A stretch of DNA of 53,277 bases from Porphyridium purpureum (GCA_008690995.1 VRMN01000029.1:1-53277); one strand, 5' to 3'; shown: positions 10,581 to 23,937, counted from the stretch's first letter. Numbers and translations are program-made. Notes: generated by a model from the sequence alone, not told the origin.

Positions 10581-13500
10581 CTCCTCGTGGCTCCACATTC
10601 AATCAAGACGCACTACGAGCTGCACTTGACCAGAGCGAGGAAGCGGTGCACTTGACGCTCTCCCTGCCAGCGCGAGGCGAGCACCGCGTGCGGGGAAAGA
10701 GGCACTTCGGGCTCGAGTAGGCAAAAGGCTGCCTTGCGCGGAGAAAGCTTGGACTTGGGACCACAGGGTCAGTCCAGAATGCCATCTGTTGAGATGTATA
10801 GGATTAAGGAGCTTGCTTCGACGTTCAAGGCGGCCACAAAGCGACGTACGCCAAGCGAGCGGCCGGTACTTTGTTCATTTTAAGGGCAGGTTTTCAGCTC
10901 AGACGCATCGTTTGTCTTTTGGTCGAAATGGAAAATGGATTTGCGTGCGCGGAATCAGCAGCGAGCATAGCAAATTGCATGGCAGGCTGTAACGAGGAAG
11001 CAACGCTCATGCAGTGGGTGCTAATCTTGGAGTCAGCGTCTCGCAGGTGTAAATCTTTCGCCCGGTCTTTGCCAATTTTCTTCTTTTTTATCTTTGGGGC
11101 GGCGGGAGGTTGTTTGTTGCTGGGTTTCTCTTGATAGTTACATCCCTTTCCGTAGTTCAACTCTCCCTGAAAGCACGGCAATTGCCAGTGGGTCCGGATT
11201 ACAGCAGATACAGTACTTGGGGACAGTTTCAACGTCCGATTGGATTGCTCATGGGCCGACGAAAGGTCCCAGAAAGAATCCAACCTGTAGAAAGGTGAAA
11301 GAAGGACGCAGTTGCAGTCGTATCACGCTCTTACATGCACCCGGAGCCGTAGTGCTCGTACGGTGTGCCGTTCGGTGCGGAGTTCTCGACGATGAGAGCG
11401 ATGCAGGGACCAATGCGCATCCCAGTCGGAAATAGTTTTGCATCTCCATCCTCGACGCCGTACAAAGCACCGCGAGAACCTCTTATATCGGCGAGCATGT
11501 TGGCACCCTGAACCATAGTTTTTCAAGATGCGTCTTTCTCTGCTTGGCAGCGCGCCTCTGCGTGAAAATCTTGTCACCTTCTCGACACGCATTACTCTGA
11601 TCGCGAGCACGACCAATGCTGCCCATGCAACCGGCCACTAGGATATCCGAAATGTTCCGACACACTAGCTGGCCAAACAGCATTCCCTTGCGTACTAATT
11701 GCACACGCTCTACTGCGATAAAAGGCTCTTGGCTGTGCTATCGCAACGCCATCACTTGAGATGCTTTTCTATGTGCCCTTTGACTCGGGTTCTTCGGGAA
11801 CAAAGGAGGGTATCAACGCTACGTGGCTTCCCAGCAACCGAGAAAGGTGCTCGAGCACGCCGGTCTGCGAACCACTTTCACTCTCGCGAACAGGGCGCAC
11901 ACTAAAGAAGCGTGCTCGTGACTTGCATAAGTGTCCGCAGCGGGCCCCTGCGCGACGGAGTATGCGAGGAGTGTCGCGTGCAAACCTCGATGGTGTGGAA
12001 TCACTCTCATGACCTAAGAACACCTCTACCTTGTCACAGAGCGCCCGGGATGCGCGCTTGAGATACATGGACAGCCATGTAGCGCACCCTTGGAAACTCG
12101 CTTACGGGCGCTGAGCTCCATAAATTCATTCGTCATGTGTACAGAGCTCCTTAGCAACTGGTGCATCCAACGGCTCAGACCGAGCTACCTTCAGCTCGTC
12201 CCTGAGCGATACTACCGTCACCCGAAGCGACGTCCAATAAAACTACACCCGCGCTGCTGCGCTCTGGATTGGATTGTGGTAATGATTCACGTTCTGGCAA
12301 GCCTCGCATCCATTTGCCTCCGAACGAGCTCGCATGTCTTGAAGCACGACCGCATACTCCATCTACGACTTGTGTATGTGCATAACCGATGCAATCATCT
12401 CTGCAAGACAGAACAAAGGTGGCTGTGAGCCTCCCGAATTGGAAGGGCTGTGGAGATCAGGAGTCCGGTAGGCAGCAACACCAGCACTACAACACACGAG
12501 CAAAGTGACACCAAACAGTGCCGGCTGAGGTGGAGCTTCTACCGCAGCGCTCAAATGTGGCCACACAACAGTCCCCGTTCGGCTTGACAAACGTAGCAGC
12601 GTGGTTCCTTGAACGGTTGGTGTAACTCTATGCGAGTTGCAGTGATGTGCACTGCAAAAACGTGATTGTTCGGGCGCAGGGCTAAGTAGGCCACAACTCG
12701 GGTGCGCGCTTTGGAAGGGATGCAAAGCGCACAGACGTCCTCTGTCTTCCTCGCCCTTTGCGTACCATGAAGCGCGAGCAGCTTTGAAGTACGACACGTT
12801 GATGTGCACGAAGCAGCCGGTCAAAAGATTGCAGGCAAAGTCGGACGCTCCCTCGCTCCAGTCAAGTGCCACAGTCGCTCGTGAGCTGTGCGTTGATCAG
12901 TTCCCGACAACGTACCAACCTGACGCGTCAGCGTAAGAGACAAGAAATCGCACGCGGGGGAGACTGTGCATGCCGTGTTTCCGGTCCTGACTGCTTTCCT
13001 TGGACTTTTCAGAAACTTGTCCTTCCCTCCAAGTCCTACCTCCTGGCCAAGCCGTACATATGTCGACAGAATTAATTTTTTTCCCACAATGTACTGTGCG
13101 TCGCGATCGAGAAAACCATCCTCATTGTCGTCGCCTTTGCGGTTGCTGAGCGTGTTCAAACGTGCAATCCGCTTCTCTACACCGCGCTGCAGTTCTACAT
13201 AGTTTCCGCTCTGGAGCATTTGACAGGCCCGGGCTTCTGGTCATAGGCTTTCCACTTGCCCCAACATCGTCAATCGTGCAGACGAGATGCGCATACAGTC
13301 TCATTTTGGCGAAGTGTACTCACGCAACACCACCTTTGGCCAGCGCACGAGTGCGCCAATTCAGCCTCTGCTGTCTCTTTGGGCGCAGCACTGGGTCAGC
13401 CGCACCCTGCTCTTTCCTCACGCGCGAGATGTCCCGGCTGCGCGCCACGATCGCTTCTCCAGCCACAGCACGAGGAACCAACGAGACTCGCGCAAGCTGT

Positions 13501-14024
13501 ATCGCAGCGACTTTGGCTTTCTTTCAGGATTTGTCCCGCCGCATTTCCGAGCCGCGATGTCGTGCCGCCTCGTGTGCCTGCGCTCCGCGTGCAGGCGCGA
13601 CACCCGTGTCGCGCGCTTGCGGTTGGCGCTTCATACCACGCCTCCCACAGCGAGCATCACACCCGGTACGGCTCCAGACGCCGCCTGCATTCGTCCGCGC
13701 CGCCGCGCTGCCGCCTAGCGGTTCCGTGCACACAACGTCCAGCCACGCCCTTGCAAGTGCACGAGAACCCAACGTACAGTCGGCGGTACACGCCAACCAA
13801 ATCCCGCGCGCTTCCACGCCACACCCGCCACCTGCGAGTGTCTACCGCGCGATTCCCGCGCGGGGTCATCGCGTACACCACCTTCCACAACGTGCCATGC
13901 GGGGCACACTCTGCAACGCTCGCTCTTTTTCTACACGCGCGCGCGTGAACGAGAGACGGTGCCGCTGCAACTTCGCGTTCGAGGGCTAGCGCGTCGCGAC
14001 CGCGAGGAGACACGTCATTCCACG

Positions 14025-14377
14025 CGTGGCGTTCGTAGACGTCGGCGTGGAACGAGCTTGACGCCACACGAATGAAAGATTCTGGACACGCACGGCCTGT
14101 TGGCTTGTCAGGGATTGTCGCGGCGTTCGCAGACGTCGGCGTGGAACGAGCTCGACGCCACACGAATGAAAGATTCTGGACACGCACGGCCTGTTGGCTT
14201 GTCAGGGGTTGTCGCGGCGTTCGCAGACGTCGGCGTGGAACGGGCACAACGCCGCACGGATGAAAGATTCTGGACACGCACGACCTGTTGGCTTGTCAGG
14301 GATTGTCGCGGCGTTTGCAGACTTTGGTGTGGAACGAACACCGAGCCGCGCGAATGAATGCAAGATTCTGGACACGC
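14025..14377. repeat. Tandem repeat, 94-bp unit, about 3.7 copies
   Basis: GTCGGCGTGGAACG recurs at 14041, 14135, 14229 and (diverged) 14323. Units also share GAATGAAAGATTCTGGACACGC. Confidence 0.9.
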
Positions 14378-14835
14378 GATCATGGCGGTGGTGTTTGATG
14401 CCATCGCGCCCGCCTGTTCGTTTTGGAATGTTTGGTGACGCGCACGGTGGCCACGCGCGGCCGATGCGTGCTAAATATCTGTGTCGCGCGGTCGCTTCGT
14501 CGTGGATGTGGCCCAGCGCTGGTGTTCGGGTTACACATGTTGGCGGCGTCGCCGCGGTAGAAACGATGTGGCACAGACGCTCGGAGACATGTATAAGAGT
14601 GGGGGAGGTGTGCCAGGTGATTCAATGTTAGCTTCGAGAAGATGAACATAAGGTTGGGAGAAGTTGCGGTATAGGGTAGAAGGCGCACGGTGCAGAGGTT
14701 GGGGCAGAAGAGCTTCCAGTGGCAGGGGCGAGTGAAAAGACCTAACATTTCTTTCCTTGTGCTCCATTGAGGGGCGTCCCGGGACGTGCAGGGCCGCTGC
14801 TGAATTGTTCAAGAAAGCCAAAGCGTACCATTGAA

Positions 14836-15852
14836 ATGGCGCGGATGTTTCCGTTGGCTTGGGCTGTGGCCATCGCGCTGTTTGCGACACTTTCTACGTG
14901 GCGCAGGGTCGTTGCCCAGGAGTTCTGCCTAGAGCTGGAGCTGAGCGACCCGTGCTTGCCGGTTGGGACAGTGGGCCTGGTACCAGACTCCAAGGGGCTG
15001 ATCGCATGCAGGGCCGTCCCCGCAGTGTGTTTCACTGGGTTCCCGGAGTGTGCACCGCAGGCCTGCCAGGGTTATATCGAGTCTGAGGAAGCCCAGATGG
15101 TGCTCGAGTACGAGGACGTGTCCGAGGTATCCTTGGAATTTACGGCACTGCCTGTGGATGTCGTGGTCGAGTACGGCGATGGAACTGTGGCGGCGTACAC
15201 GGGCACAGGGACATTTGATTACGCTTACAGTGCTCAGGGAAACTATCGAGTCATGATCTCCGGCAATCTAGGTGGCATCCGGTTCAAGGACGGTTTGACT
15301 GCTGTGGTCTCGTGGGGCGAGCTTGGCTTGACCACGTTGGAGGGCGCTTTCTCGTCAGTGTCTGTGCAGAGTGTGCCCGCCGACTTACCGCCAACGGTTA
15401 CGAATCTGGATGGTATGTTTCGTTCCTCAAGTTTCAATGGAGAGATTGGTGCGTGGGACGTGAGCAGTGTGACAAACATGGGCAACATGTTTAGAGGTGC
15501 CACTTCTTTCAACCAGGATATCTCTGGTTGGGACGTGAGCAGTGTGACAGACATGGGCAACATGTTTTCTGGTGCTAGTGCTTTCAACCAGGATATCTCT
15601 GGTTGGGACGTCAGCAAAGTCAGCACTTGTGGATATTTCAGTCTTAGTTCTGCACTGAAATGTGTGTTTTGGCCGCCTGGAAACTGTGAGAGCATTGAGT
15701 GCTACTCCGGTCCTTGCGGCAATTGCCAACCTTGCGACCCTTACTATCCATTCGATAATAGGTATCCGAACTATCCTTGCGAACCCTATTATCCTTGCGA
15801 CCCTATTGCATTCGATCCTTACCAAGCTTTATATCCTTGCGATCCATACTAG
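14836..15852 (+). CDS. Secreted DUF285/BspA-like repeat protein with a PKD-like domain and Cys/Pro/Tyr-rich tail
   Basis: Signal-peptide-like N-terminus, VEYGDG..YSAQGNYRV (PKD-like), three W(D)VSSVT.M..MF..FNQDIS repeats and C-terminal CDPYYP-like repeats. Confidence 0.85.
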   Translation: MARMFPLAWAVAIALFATLSTWRRVVAQEFCLELELSDPCLPVGTVGLVPDSKGLIACRAVPAVCFTGFPECAPQACQGYIESEEAQMVLEYEDVSEVSLEFTALPVDVVVEYGDGTVAAYTGTGTFDYAYSAQGNYRVMISGNLGGIRFKDGLTAVVSWGELGLTTLEGAFSSVSVQSVPADLPPTVTNLDGMFRSSSFNGEIGAWDVSSVTNMGNMFRGATSFNQDISGWDVSSVTDMGNMFSGASAFNQDISGWDVSKVSTCGYFSLSSALKCVFWPPGNCESIECYSGPCGNCQPCDPYYPFDNRYPNYPCEPYYPCDPIAFDPYQALYPCDPY

Positions 15853-16524
15853 TCGCGCTCGGTCTGTTGCGTGACGATGAGAACAGTGGATCACAGTCCT
15901 GGCCAAGATGTTTGCAACACCTGCATTTTGGTCCAAAAAGTTGGATCTTAGAGTAAAATAGCTCATGTCGTGGATAAAGTGAAGAAGTAGACTGCAAGCC
16001 GGCAGTGTAAGAGTGCGACCAGGCGATGGGTACGCGTGAACGCGAGGTGGGCGTTTCAAGAGCGTGTGCCGCATGGTGGACGCGCGGGGCACATGCAGCA
16101 GAAGCGCGCGGACGCAGTCGAAGCGGCGGCGCGCGGATATGAATATGCTTGGCGCGGCGAAGCGCAGGGCGCGGACAGGCACCCTCACGCGCAAGGAGTG
16201 TTGGCATCCGCTTGCCCGTTGGTTGGTTATCGCGTGAAGTAAAGTTGGCACGAATCGGGTCGTTTGCAAGGTGAAAAAGCTCGTGTACCTCAAACCATTC
16301 TACGACGCCGTACCTCTAGGTGTACACCCAGGGCGTCTCTCGGACCGGAACACTTTTAAGCCATGTTAACCCTATCCAGTAAAAAAGCTTCTTTGGTTGA
16401 AACCGTGCAAACTCACGTCAGATGTCGCGGAGTGAGATGGTGAAAGTGGGGAAAGGAAACGTGGGAGTGAGGAAAGGGGTGAATGGGGTGACTCGGTTCG
16501 TGCGCGGTGTTGAGCGAAAGCCGC

Positions 16525-18538
16525 ATGGAGCAGAGGAGCATGCGAACTGGGGCGATGGGTCCGCCCGGGAAGTTGCGATGTGGCGTGGTGGTATGGGCTG
16601 TGGTGGTCTTTCTGGCAATCGTGTTGGCCAACAGCGCACACGCGTTCTATTTGCCTGCCACCGCACCGATCGATTATGAGGCTGGCTCCAAGCTGGAAGT
16701 GTTTGCGAATGAATTAACCTCGACGGTGAATGAGACGCGCTTCGAGTATTACTCGCTGCCCTTCTGCCAGCCGGAAAAGCGCCCAAAGTCAGAGCATCGC
16801 AACCTGGGGAAGATCCTGTCTGGCGACATGGTCAGCCCTACGCAGTTCCAGATCGCCATGATGGTCGAGGAGAAGTGCAAGCTGCTGTGTGACAAGCCCA
16901 CCGTCTTGGACGAGGAAATGACAAAGTGGCTCATTTCACGCATCAACGACAGCTACAGTGTTCGGCTCAACATGGACAATATGCCGGTCGTAATGGAGCA
17001 CACCATTGTGGGCAAGGGCGGCGAGCAGAGCGTTTACTCCATCGGCTATCGTCTCGGGGCCGAGAAGCATGGCAAGTTTTTCTTATTCAATCATCTTTCG
17101 TTTAAGGTACTGTATCACGTCCCGTCACACGTCACGCAGTTGTTCTTGGCGTCCGGGAACAAGCCACTCTATCACGTTGTGGGCTTCCAAGTGATCCCAG
17201 CGTCTGTTGCGCACAAGGCGGACAAGCCGTGTGAGTTTACACGCGACCAACTACTCCAGGAAGTTGAGGTTGGCGCAAAAGTTTTTACGACCTACTCGGT
17301 GAACTTTGAGGAAAGTCCGATTCGCTGGGCGACGAGGTGGACTCCGCTTCTGAAGGCCTCGGACGAGCAGCGTGGCGTTTTGTGGTTTTCGATCATCAAC
17401 ACAAGTTTTATGGGCCTATTCTTAACCGCCATGGTGGCGGTTATCGTTCTCCGCACACTTTATAAGGACTTTGTGCGCTAGAATTGTCCAGAAGAAGAAG
17501 AAGATGATGATGAAATACAGGATGACAATGGCTGGAAGCTGGTACACGGCGATGTGTTCAGACCACCAGTCCACAAGGAGGCGCCGTCGCTGATGCTTCG
17601 TTCCGACGCGCCACGTTCTGTTCGTCACAAATACTGTGCTCCTGTTTGCAGCTCTCGGCTTCCTATCGCCGGCGAACCGTGGCGGGCTGCTTTCGACCAT
17701 GCTGTACTCGTGGGTCTTTAGCTCAGCGATCGGCGGATACATGGCGGCACGCACCTACGCCGTGCTTCAGGGCTCCAGCAACAAGCATGTGACAATGGCA
17801 CCGGCACTGTTGTTTCCGGGTCTCGCATTCGCGCTCATGAATTGTCTGAATCTTTTTATGACAATCAAGCGCTCGACGTCATTGATACATTTCCTAACGC
17901 TGGTCTTTGTGACCTTCCTGTGGTTCGGTCTTTCGGTGCCCATGAATGTCCTCGGGGCATATTTGGGCTTCCGGGGAAAGCCAGTCGAGTTTCCGACGAG
18001 GACCAATCACATTCCGCGCGAGATCCCTCCCCCACCGTTTGGCATTGCCTTCAGATACTATGCGCTGTGCTCTGGTCTCATTCCGTACGGTGTGGTCTTT
18101 GTAGAACTGGCGTTCATCCTCAATTCCTTTCGGAGGAGCCAAATCTACTACATGTTCGGTCTTTCGTGTGTTGTGCTCATCTTGCTCATTGTGACTTGTG
18201 CAAAAGTCGGCATCGTCTTTGTTTACATGAGCCTCTCGAGCGAGAATTATCACTCGTGGCGGAACGCATTTGGATGCTGTGTGTTTAGCGGCGTGTATGT
18301 CTATTTGTACTCGATTGTATTCCTTTTCCAGACCTTCGGCATAGCGAAGCCCGACAGTCACGTGGTCAGTACAATCACTTTGTCGGCGTACGTGACCCTG
18401 CTTTCGTTTGCGTTCAGTCTCATGCAAGGCTTTGCTGGCTTCCAGAGCAGTTTAATTTTTGTGCGGCGGATCTTTGCTGCCGTGCGAGTGGATCAAGGCA
18501 TCATTTATCACTTGCAAGGCAAAGCGCTGCTCGTCTAA
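16525..18538 (+). pseudogene. Transmembrane 9 superfamily (TM9SF/EMP70) gene with premature stop and internal frameshift/deletion
   Basis: AFYLP, YYSLPFC, DNMPV, WFSIIN, GWKLVHGDVFRPP, GFLSPANRG and PTRTNHIPREIP are present. TAG at 17479-17481 replaces the expected Tyr (RYN), there is a frame break at about 17570-17635, and the usual VD* terminus reads VDQ. Confidence 0.88.
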
Positions 18539-19979
18539 CTCTGTGTTGGCGTTTGTGTGGGTTTGCCATGGCGGATTGTTCTTTTCGTGTGGTGACGCTG
18601 CCTTTGGAGTTCCTCCGTCAAACAGAGTCCGTGCAATTCACACGATGCTTCTGCGCGTACGCACTTGCTGCTTCGCTATCTCACAATCTGTTGAGAAAAT
18701 AAACTAGATCTCGTCGTTCCCCAGAAAATGCGCAAATGGTTCTCAAATGGGGTATGCTCCGAAAGGACAACAGGATTCCAAGACTGAGTGATCATATGCT
18801 CACTTCAATAAGCCTCCCTGACGGCAGACTTCATATAGTGTGTGGCCGTACGTCCTCCTAACAAATTTAACGAGAGTGACGTCTCCAAATTGCTCTTGCT
18901 TGGAGAAATCCGGAGCGACGAGCAAGGAGGCCGGAAGTGAAATTCATGCGTGTGGACAGCGAATGCAAGCATATGCTTGGAACTCCACTGCACCCTCAGT
19001 CTCCACAGCATCCGCATACGTCGCAGCAGACAGACGTAAGGAAAGAAAGAGATACTCCTTCTGCTTGTGTAAAATGGTCGGGCTGTCTCAAACATGACGG
19101 GTTGCGTCCCAGAAGGAGTTCTTCAGATCGCGCCGTGACAAATCGTCAACACGTCCACCAGCTGTCTGGCCATGGGAGTGCGCGGGCACGAGCACGGAGC
19201 GGTAAGCAATTACCCTCAGGCGCCCACTCTGTGCTTCGCAAAAGGCGTTTATTTCCACGCAATAAAAGCCATATCTATCTCTTTGCCTCTCCCGACAGCT
19301 CGCCTTCCGAGGAAGCGCACGACGTCTAAATTACTCAGACGAAACTGAGTCGTTTAAATTGATACTTGTTGGGCCGGTGAGATTCTGACTGGAGAACCAG
19401 GGCATTGGGGTCTTAGGGTTTAGTACGGGCTGACCTGTCTATAGAACTTGAAGAGTCTTGACGAAATACTTTTCGACACGAAGGAAGCGATTGAGCCATG
19501 CGTCGCATCGCGTTGCGCACAGCCATGAGCGCCGTGGCGCGCGTGCGTACATGGGACGTGGCGGTGGCGAGCTGTCGCGTCCGCATCCCAGAATGTGCTC
19601 GGCGCGTTGGGCGCGATGGCGCCGACACGGTGCTGCGGCCGCCCGAAGTCGGTGCGCGAATGGTTCTGACATACGAATCGTAAGCCTGGCGCTGTTCCGT
19701 GTCAACGTGTCGGTGCATCTCCAGCTCGGCCAAGTTAAGAGGCTTGCTTATTCAGACTCGACAGGATCCTGGCACAACCGCGCAAATCGTTTCATGATGG
19801 TCGTCGTGCGAATGGGCCATTGGCCGCGATACCGAGAGCGGGTCTGGGTGTCGCGGGAGCGATTCGGAACAGGGCAGACGACTGCCGACATCGTCAGCTT
19901 CTCATCATGGGAGTATTCGCGATGCCATACCGGCAGCGCATGTACAGAGCGAGCATCCAAGGCAGCTCCTCAAAGTGCG

Positions 19980-20450
19980 CATGCCATAGCACGATGTGGC
20001 TGGGTTTGAGCGGTCTGGCGCGCAAGCGCCACCCAGCAGCAACGCTGCTGAGTTCAAACCACATCTTGCTGCACCCATGTGGGTGCATCGGCGTGGGTGC
20101 GTACACCTACAAGAAATTCCGAATGCCGCGGCCGAGTTCCGCGTGGACAAGTATCATGTGGTGGACGCATCGTTCGTCAGCCAATATGCACAGATTGCGA
20201 CCCACATTCGAACTGAGCCAGGGGAGGTTCTGTTCGGGCTGTGTGGTCGGTTTGTAACGATGCGACTTCCAATGGCAAGCAGTCTTCGAATTCGGGTTTA
20301 GGCTACCCTTGCAACTGGCTCCGCAAGAGCTCGTGACTTTCGCTCACGCGCACGTCGTATTGACCAAAGAGGATGCAATCAAGCGGAACAAACAGCGGTC
20401 TGTCCAGAATGCGCTGCTCGAATATGAGACAGTGGTGACTTCTTTTCTTC
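19980..20450 (+). pseudogene. Degraded endonuclease/exonuclease/phosphatase (TDP2-like) fragment
   Basis: VAGFERSGAQAP..VHLQEIP..SQYAQIATHI is clearly homologous to the 28830-29320 remnant. Confidence 0.5.
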
Positions 20451-21292
20451 ACAGCAGATGAGACGAACACGCGCGAACCTGAACACAGACTACTCCATGA
20501 GGCTTCATTGAACGTAACGCGAATGGCAGTTCCCCATGGCTGACCATGCGCTTCGTCGCCGTGCGATGCATGTGTGAACATTTTCCATTGCGCGCTGCGC
20601 TTGCGCTGTTTCTGTGCCTCGGCGGATCCAGTGCGCTGTCGCGTGGCATTGATATTCTAGGTTCACCGCTTCTTTCCTACAAGCTTGCGTTCCATCCCTT
20701 CGACCGCATTTGCCCCTTGAAGAATAATCCACCACTGCAGACGCGCACGCGTGCGCGCACGGTGCGTTGTGTGGAACGTGCGCGCGTGTGCAGAGGCCGG
20801 AATCGGGGACACGCGGGGGTGTGGCGCGGGCCGGGACGAGCCCCAGCGTCGTTCGTTTAGTGTTATTCGGAGTGGTTCGGCGATGCGCGCGGTGGACACG
20901 CGCGCTACCAGTGTGCACGAGAGACAGGCATGTGTCGCGTGATGGATTCACGGCGCGCGTGTGTGACGACGTTGGCCGCTTCCACAACTTGCGCGGGATA
21001 GTTGCAACGCCTTGCATGCACAGACCAGCGTGCATCGATACGGGTATAAGAATGCGCTGCAGCGCGGCGCAAGCGGGCTGGGTGGACGCTTGTCTAGGAA
21101 TGAGACGACGTGGAGCAGTGCGCCGGAACAAGAGGAGCACGACGTAGAGGTGGCAGCACAGACCAGTGTCGGCGGATAGTCGCATCTAGGTATATTTGTT
21201 GGAAGCCTTTGCTGGGCTGCATTTGCGGGGCTTCCCGGGACAGGCTCGCCCTGCTGCCGATCTGGACCAACAGCCAAAGCACGCGGTTGAAA

Positions 21293-22679
21293 ATGGCGCG
21301 GATATTTCCTTTGGCTTGCGCTCTCTCCATCGCGCTGCTTGCGACCTTGTCTTCGTGGCACTATGCAGTTGCCCAGGAGTTCTGCCAGTGGGTCGAGCTG
21401 TACGACCCGTGCGTCGCCGTGGGGACACTGGCCCTGGTTCTAAACTCAGAAGGCCCGATTGCATGCACAGCCGTCCCCGCGACATGTCTCAGTGGGTTCC
21501 CAGAGTGCACGTTGCAGCCCTGCCAGAAATACGTCGAGTATGAGGAAGCCGAGCAGAAGATGGTGCTCGAATTCAAGGATGTTTCGGAGGTATCGTTGGA
21601 ATTTTCCGCCTTACCTGTGGACGTTTTGGTAGATTATGGCGAAGGGACGGTGACGGCATACACGATCATGGGGACATTCGTGCACACTTACAGTTCTCAG
21701 GGATGCTATCGCGTCGAAATCTCGGGAAGTCTGGGTGGAATCAGGTTCAAGGACGGGGTGACTGCTGTGGCTGCTTGGGGCGAGCTTGGTCTGACCTCGT
21801 TGACTGAGGCTTTCAAGGAAGTCTATACACTGCAGAGTGTCCCCGCCGACATTCCGCGTACGGTCACAGATTTGAGCGCGATGTTTGTGGATTCAAGCTT
21901 CAACGGAGAGATTGGTACGTGGGATGTTTCGAAGGTGACAAACATGAACAGCATATTTTTGCATTCGAACTTCAACGGAGAAATTGACTCGTGGGACGTC
22001 TCAAGGGTAACAGACATGAAGTATATGTTTGCGTATTCAAGTTTCAACGGAGAAATTGGTTCGTGGGACGTGTCTAGTGTTGCAGACATGGACTACATGT
22101 TTGACTCTAATACTGCTTTCAGTCGTGACATATCCGGCTGGGACGTGAGCAACGTGAAGACCATGTCCCATATGTTTGTGGACTCATCTTTCAATGGAGA
22201 CATAGGCAGCTGGGATGTGTCCAGTGTGGTCAACATGCGGGATATGTTCCGGTTTTCTTCATTCAATCAAGATATTGGCGCATGGAACACGTCCGGCGTG
22301 ACAAATATGCAGTACATGTTTGTTGATGCACCGTTTAACCAGAATATTTCAAACTGGGACGTAAGCAGTGTGACAGACATGTCTGGCATGTTTTGGGGTG
22401 CCGCTTCCTTCAACCAGGACATTTCTAACTGGGACGTCAGCAGTGTGACAGACATGTCCCGAATGTTTTTAGACGCCGCTTCTTTCGACCAGGACATTTC
22501 TCGTTGGGACGTCAGCAGTGTGACAAACATGATCGGCATGTTTGAGGGTGCCGCTTCGTTTGACCAGGACATCTCTGCCTGGGATGTAGGGAAGTGTCAT
22601 AAATTGCAGTGCTTTTAATATCGGTTCTCCGCTGACATGCGACTTTTCGGCGAATTGCGCGACAATCACGTGCGCTTGA
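21293..22679 (+). CDS. Secreted DUF285/BspA-like repeat protein, paralog of 14836-15852; +1 frameshift near 22590
   Basis: Same signal peptide and PKD-like N-terminus, with ten WDV/WNT repeats. Correcting one base near 22590 gives WDVGSVINCSAF..CDFSANCATITCA*, which matches the paralog's Cys cap. Confidence 0.85.
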
Positions 22680-22843
22680 GCTCGCGGTGACAGGTCGACG
22701 GCATTTCGCCATGACGATCTGGTGGCAATTCCCGACGGAGACGTCGCACGATTGTGGAGTTGTGGGGCTTTGTCAGTGTTCCAGAGTCCATCGTGAAGAT
22801 GTGTTTGTTTTCCGTGGTGACAAGCGTTTAGCAAGTGGGTCGC

Positions 22844-22900
22844 GCCTGAAAGGGGTACCGAGCCTGAAAGGTGTACCGAGCCTGAAAGGTGTACCGAGCC
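22844..22900. repeat. 18-bp tandem repeat x3
   Basis: GCCTGAAAGG(G/T)GTACCGA occurs three times in tandem. Confidence 0.9.
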
Positions 22901-23937
22901 GGCACGCTCACATCGTCGCACAATTAACGCGCACTTGTGCCTCTCTTTCTTGCTAGAGGGAACACACCATGGAGGGAGATGGCTACGATACGATATCCAA
23001 AGTGGCAAGAGACGGCCGGAGTCCCAAAGTAACAGTGCATTTATTCTGTGTAGAGCTGGGCTGGCACATCGTGGCGCGAGCGGTGTTTGCTAACTTTGCG
23101 ACAAACTGATGCGCATCTCAAAGGCGTGTGCGTGCGTGTTTGTGTGGATCGAAACGTGGATCAACCTTGGAAGGGCGTATGAGATCACATGCGCCTCTGT
23201 GCACTTTAAACTGACCAAGTAGACACGATAAATGAGAGACTCAGTAGCATTCACAAGAACACCTTACTACAACACCTCTGAAGAGCCTCTGCTTCTAAGC
23301 TAGGTCCTTAATCGCGTGCGGCTTCCGTGCTGCCCTGCATTCTATACCACACCTTAAGGGCAAAGACCATCACTGCCGCTTCGATTTGAGATGTCACTTG
23401 ACCGCCTTCTTTGGTCCTGAATTCGTCCACAGTGCTTGTGGACGTCCCGCAAAGTGGCGGTCGCGCCCTGCCACACCGTGCCACCTTGGCCACCGCGTGC
23501 AGTCCAGTGTCGCGGTGCCGGTGAAAGAAGCTTCCAGTGACGTAAGTTCGCACGGTTTCAAATACCATGTGTTGAACGAAGGGGCGCCGAAACAAGGGGT
23601 CGCGCCCGACAAAGTGCAGACGTATGACGTTTGAAACCCTGTCAAAATGTGCCGAGGGGTCGTAGCTTCGACGTATAAATACGCGAGCGTGCCAGTTTCC
23701 GGGGCACGCTCAGGTCCAAAATAAAGAGACACAACGGTGACGAGAACAAACAAAAGGTGTCCTGGAAAGTCAGCTCACGTAGAAGTCGGCAAACTTCCCC
23801 GCGACAGCGGTCAGGGGAGCCGATTGTAACCGTTAAGCAACAAGGCCGGATTCTACGACATCCAGGGTACAGTCAAAGTCGCTGACCCTGTGGCTATAGC
23901 AGTGCTAAAGTTAGCAACACGCAAGGGTCCTTGCTCG

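Noticed and set aside
10894..13219. Harbinger-type Myb/NAM-associated and transposase remnants
   Set aside because: Only vague resemblance (KKKIGKDRAK, FTFLQ). No catalytic motifs or TIRs could be supported.
14025..14377. CRISPR array or hammerhead ribozyme repeat
   Set aside because: The whole unit repeats with no unique spacers, no cas genes are present, and the hammerhead core (CUGANGA..GAAA) is not complete on either strand.
23047..23274. Additional solo LTR
   Set aside because: It has TG..CA-like ends, but no TSD and no convincing TATA box.
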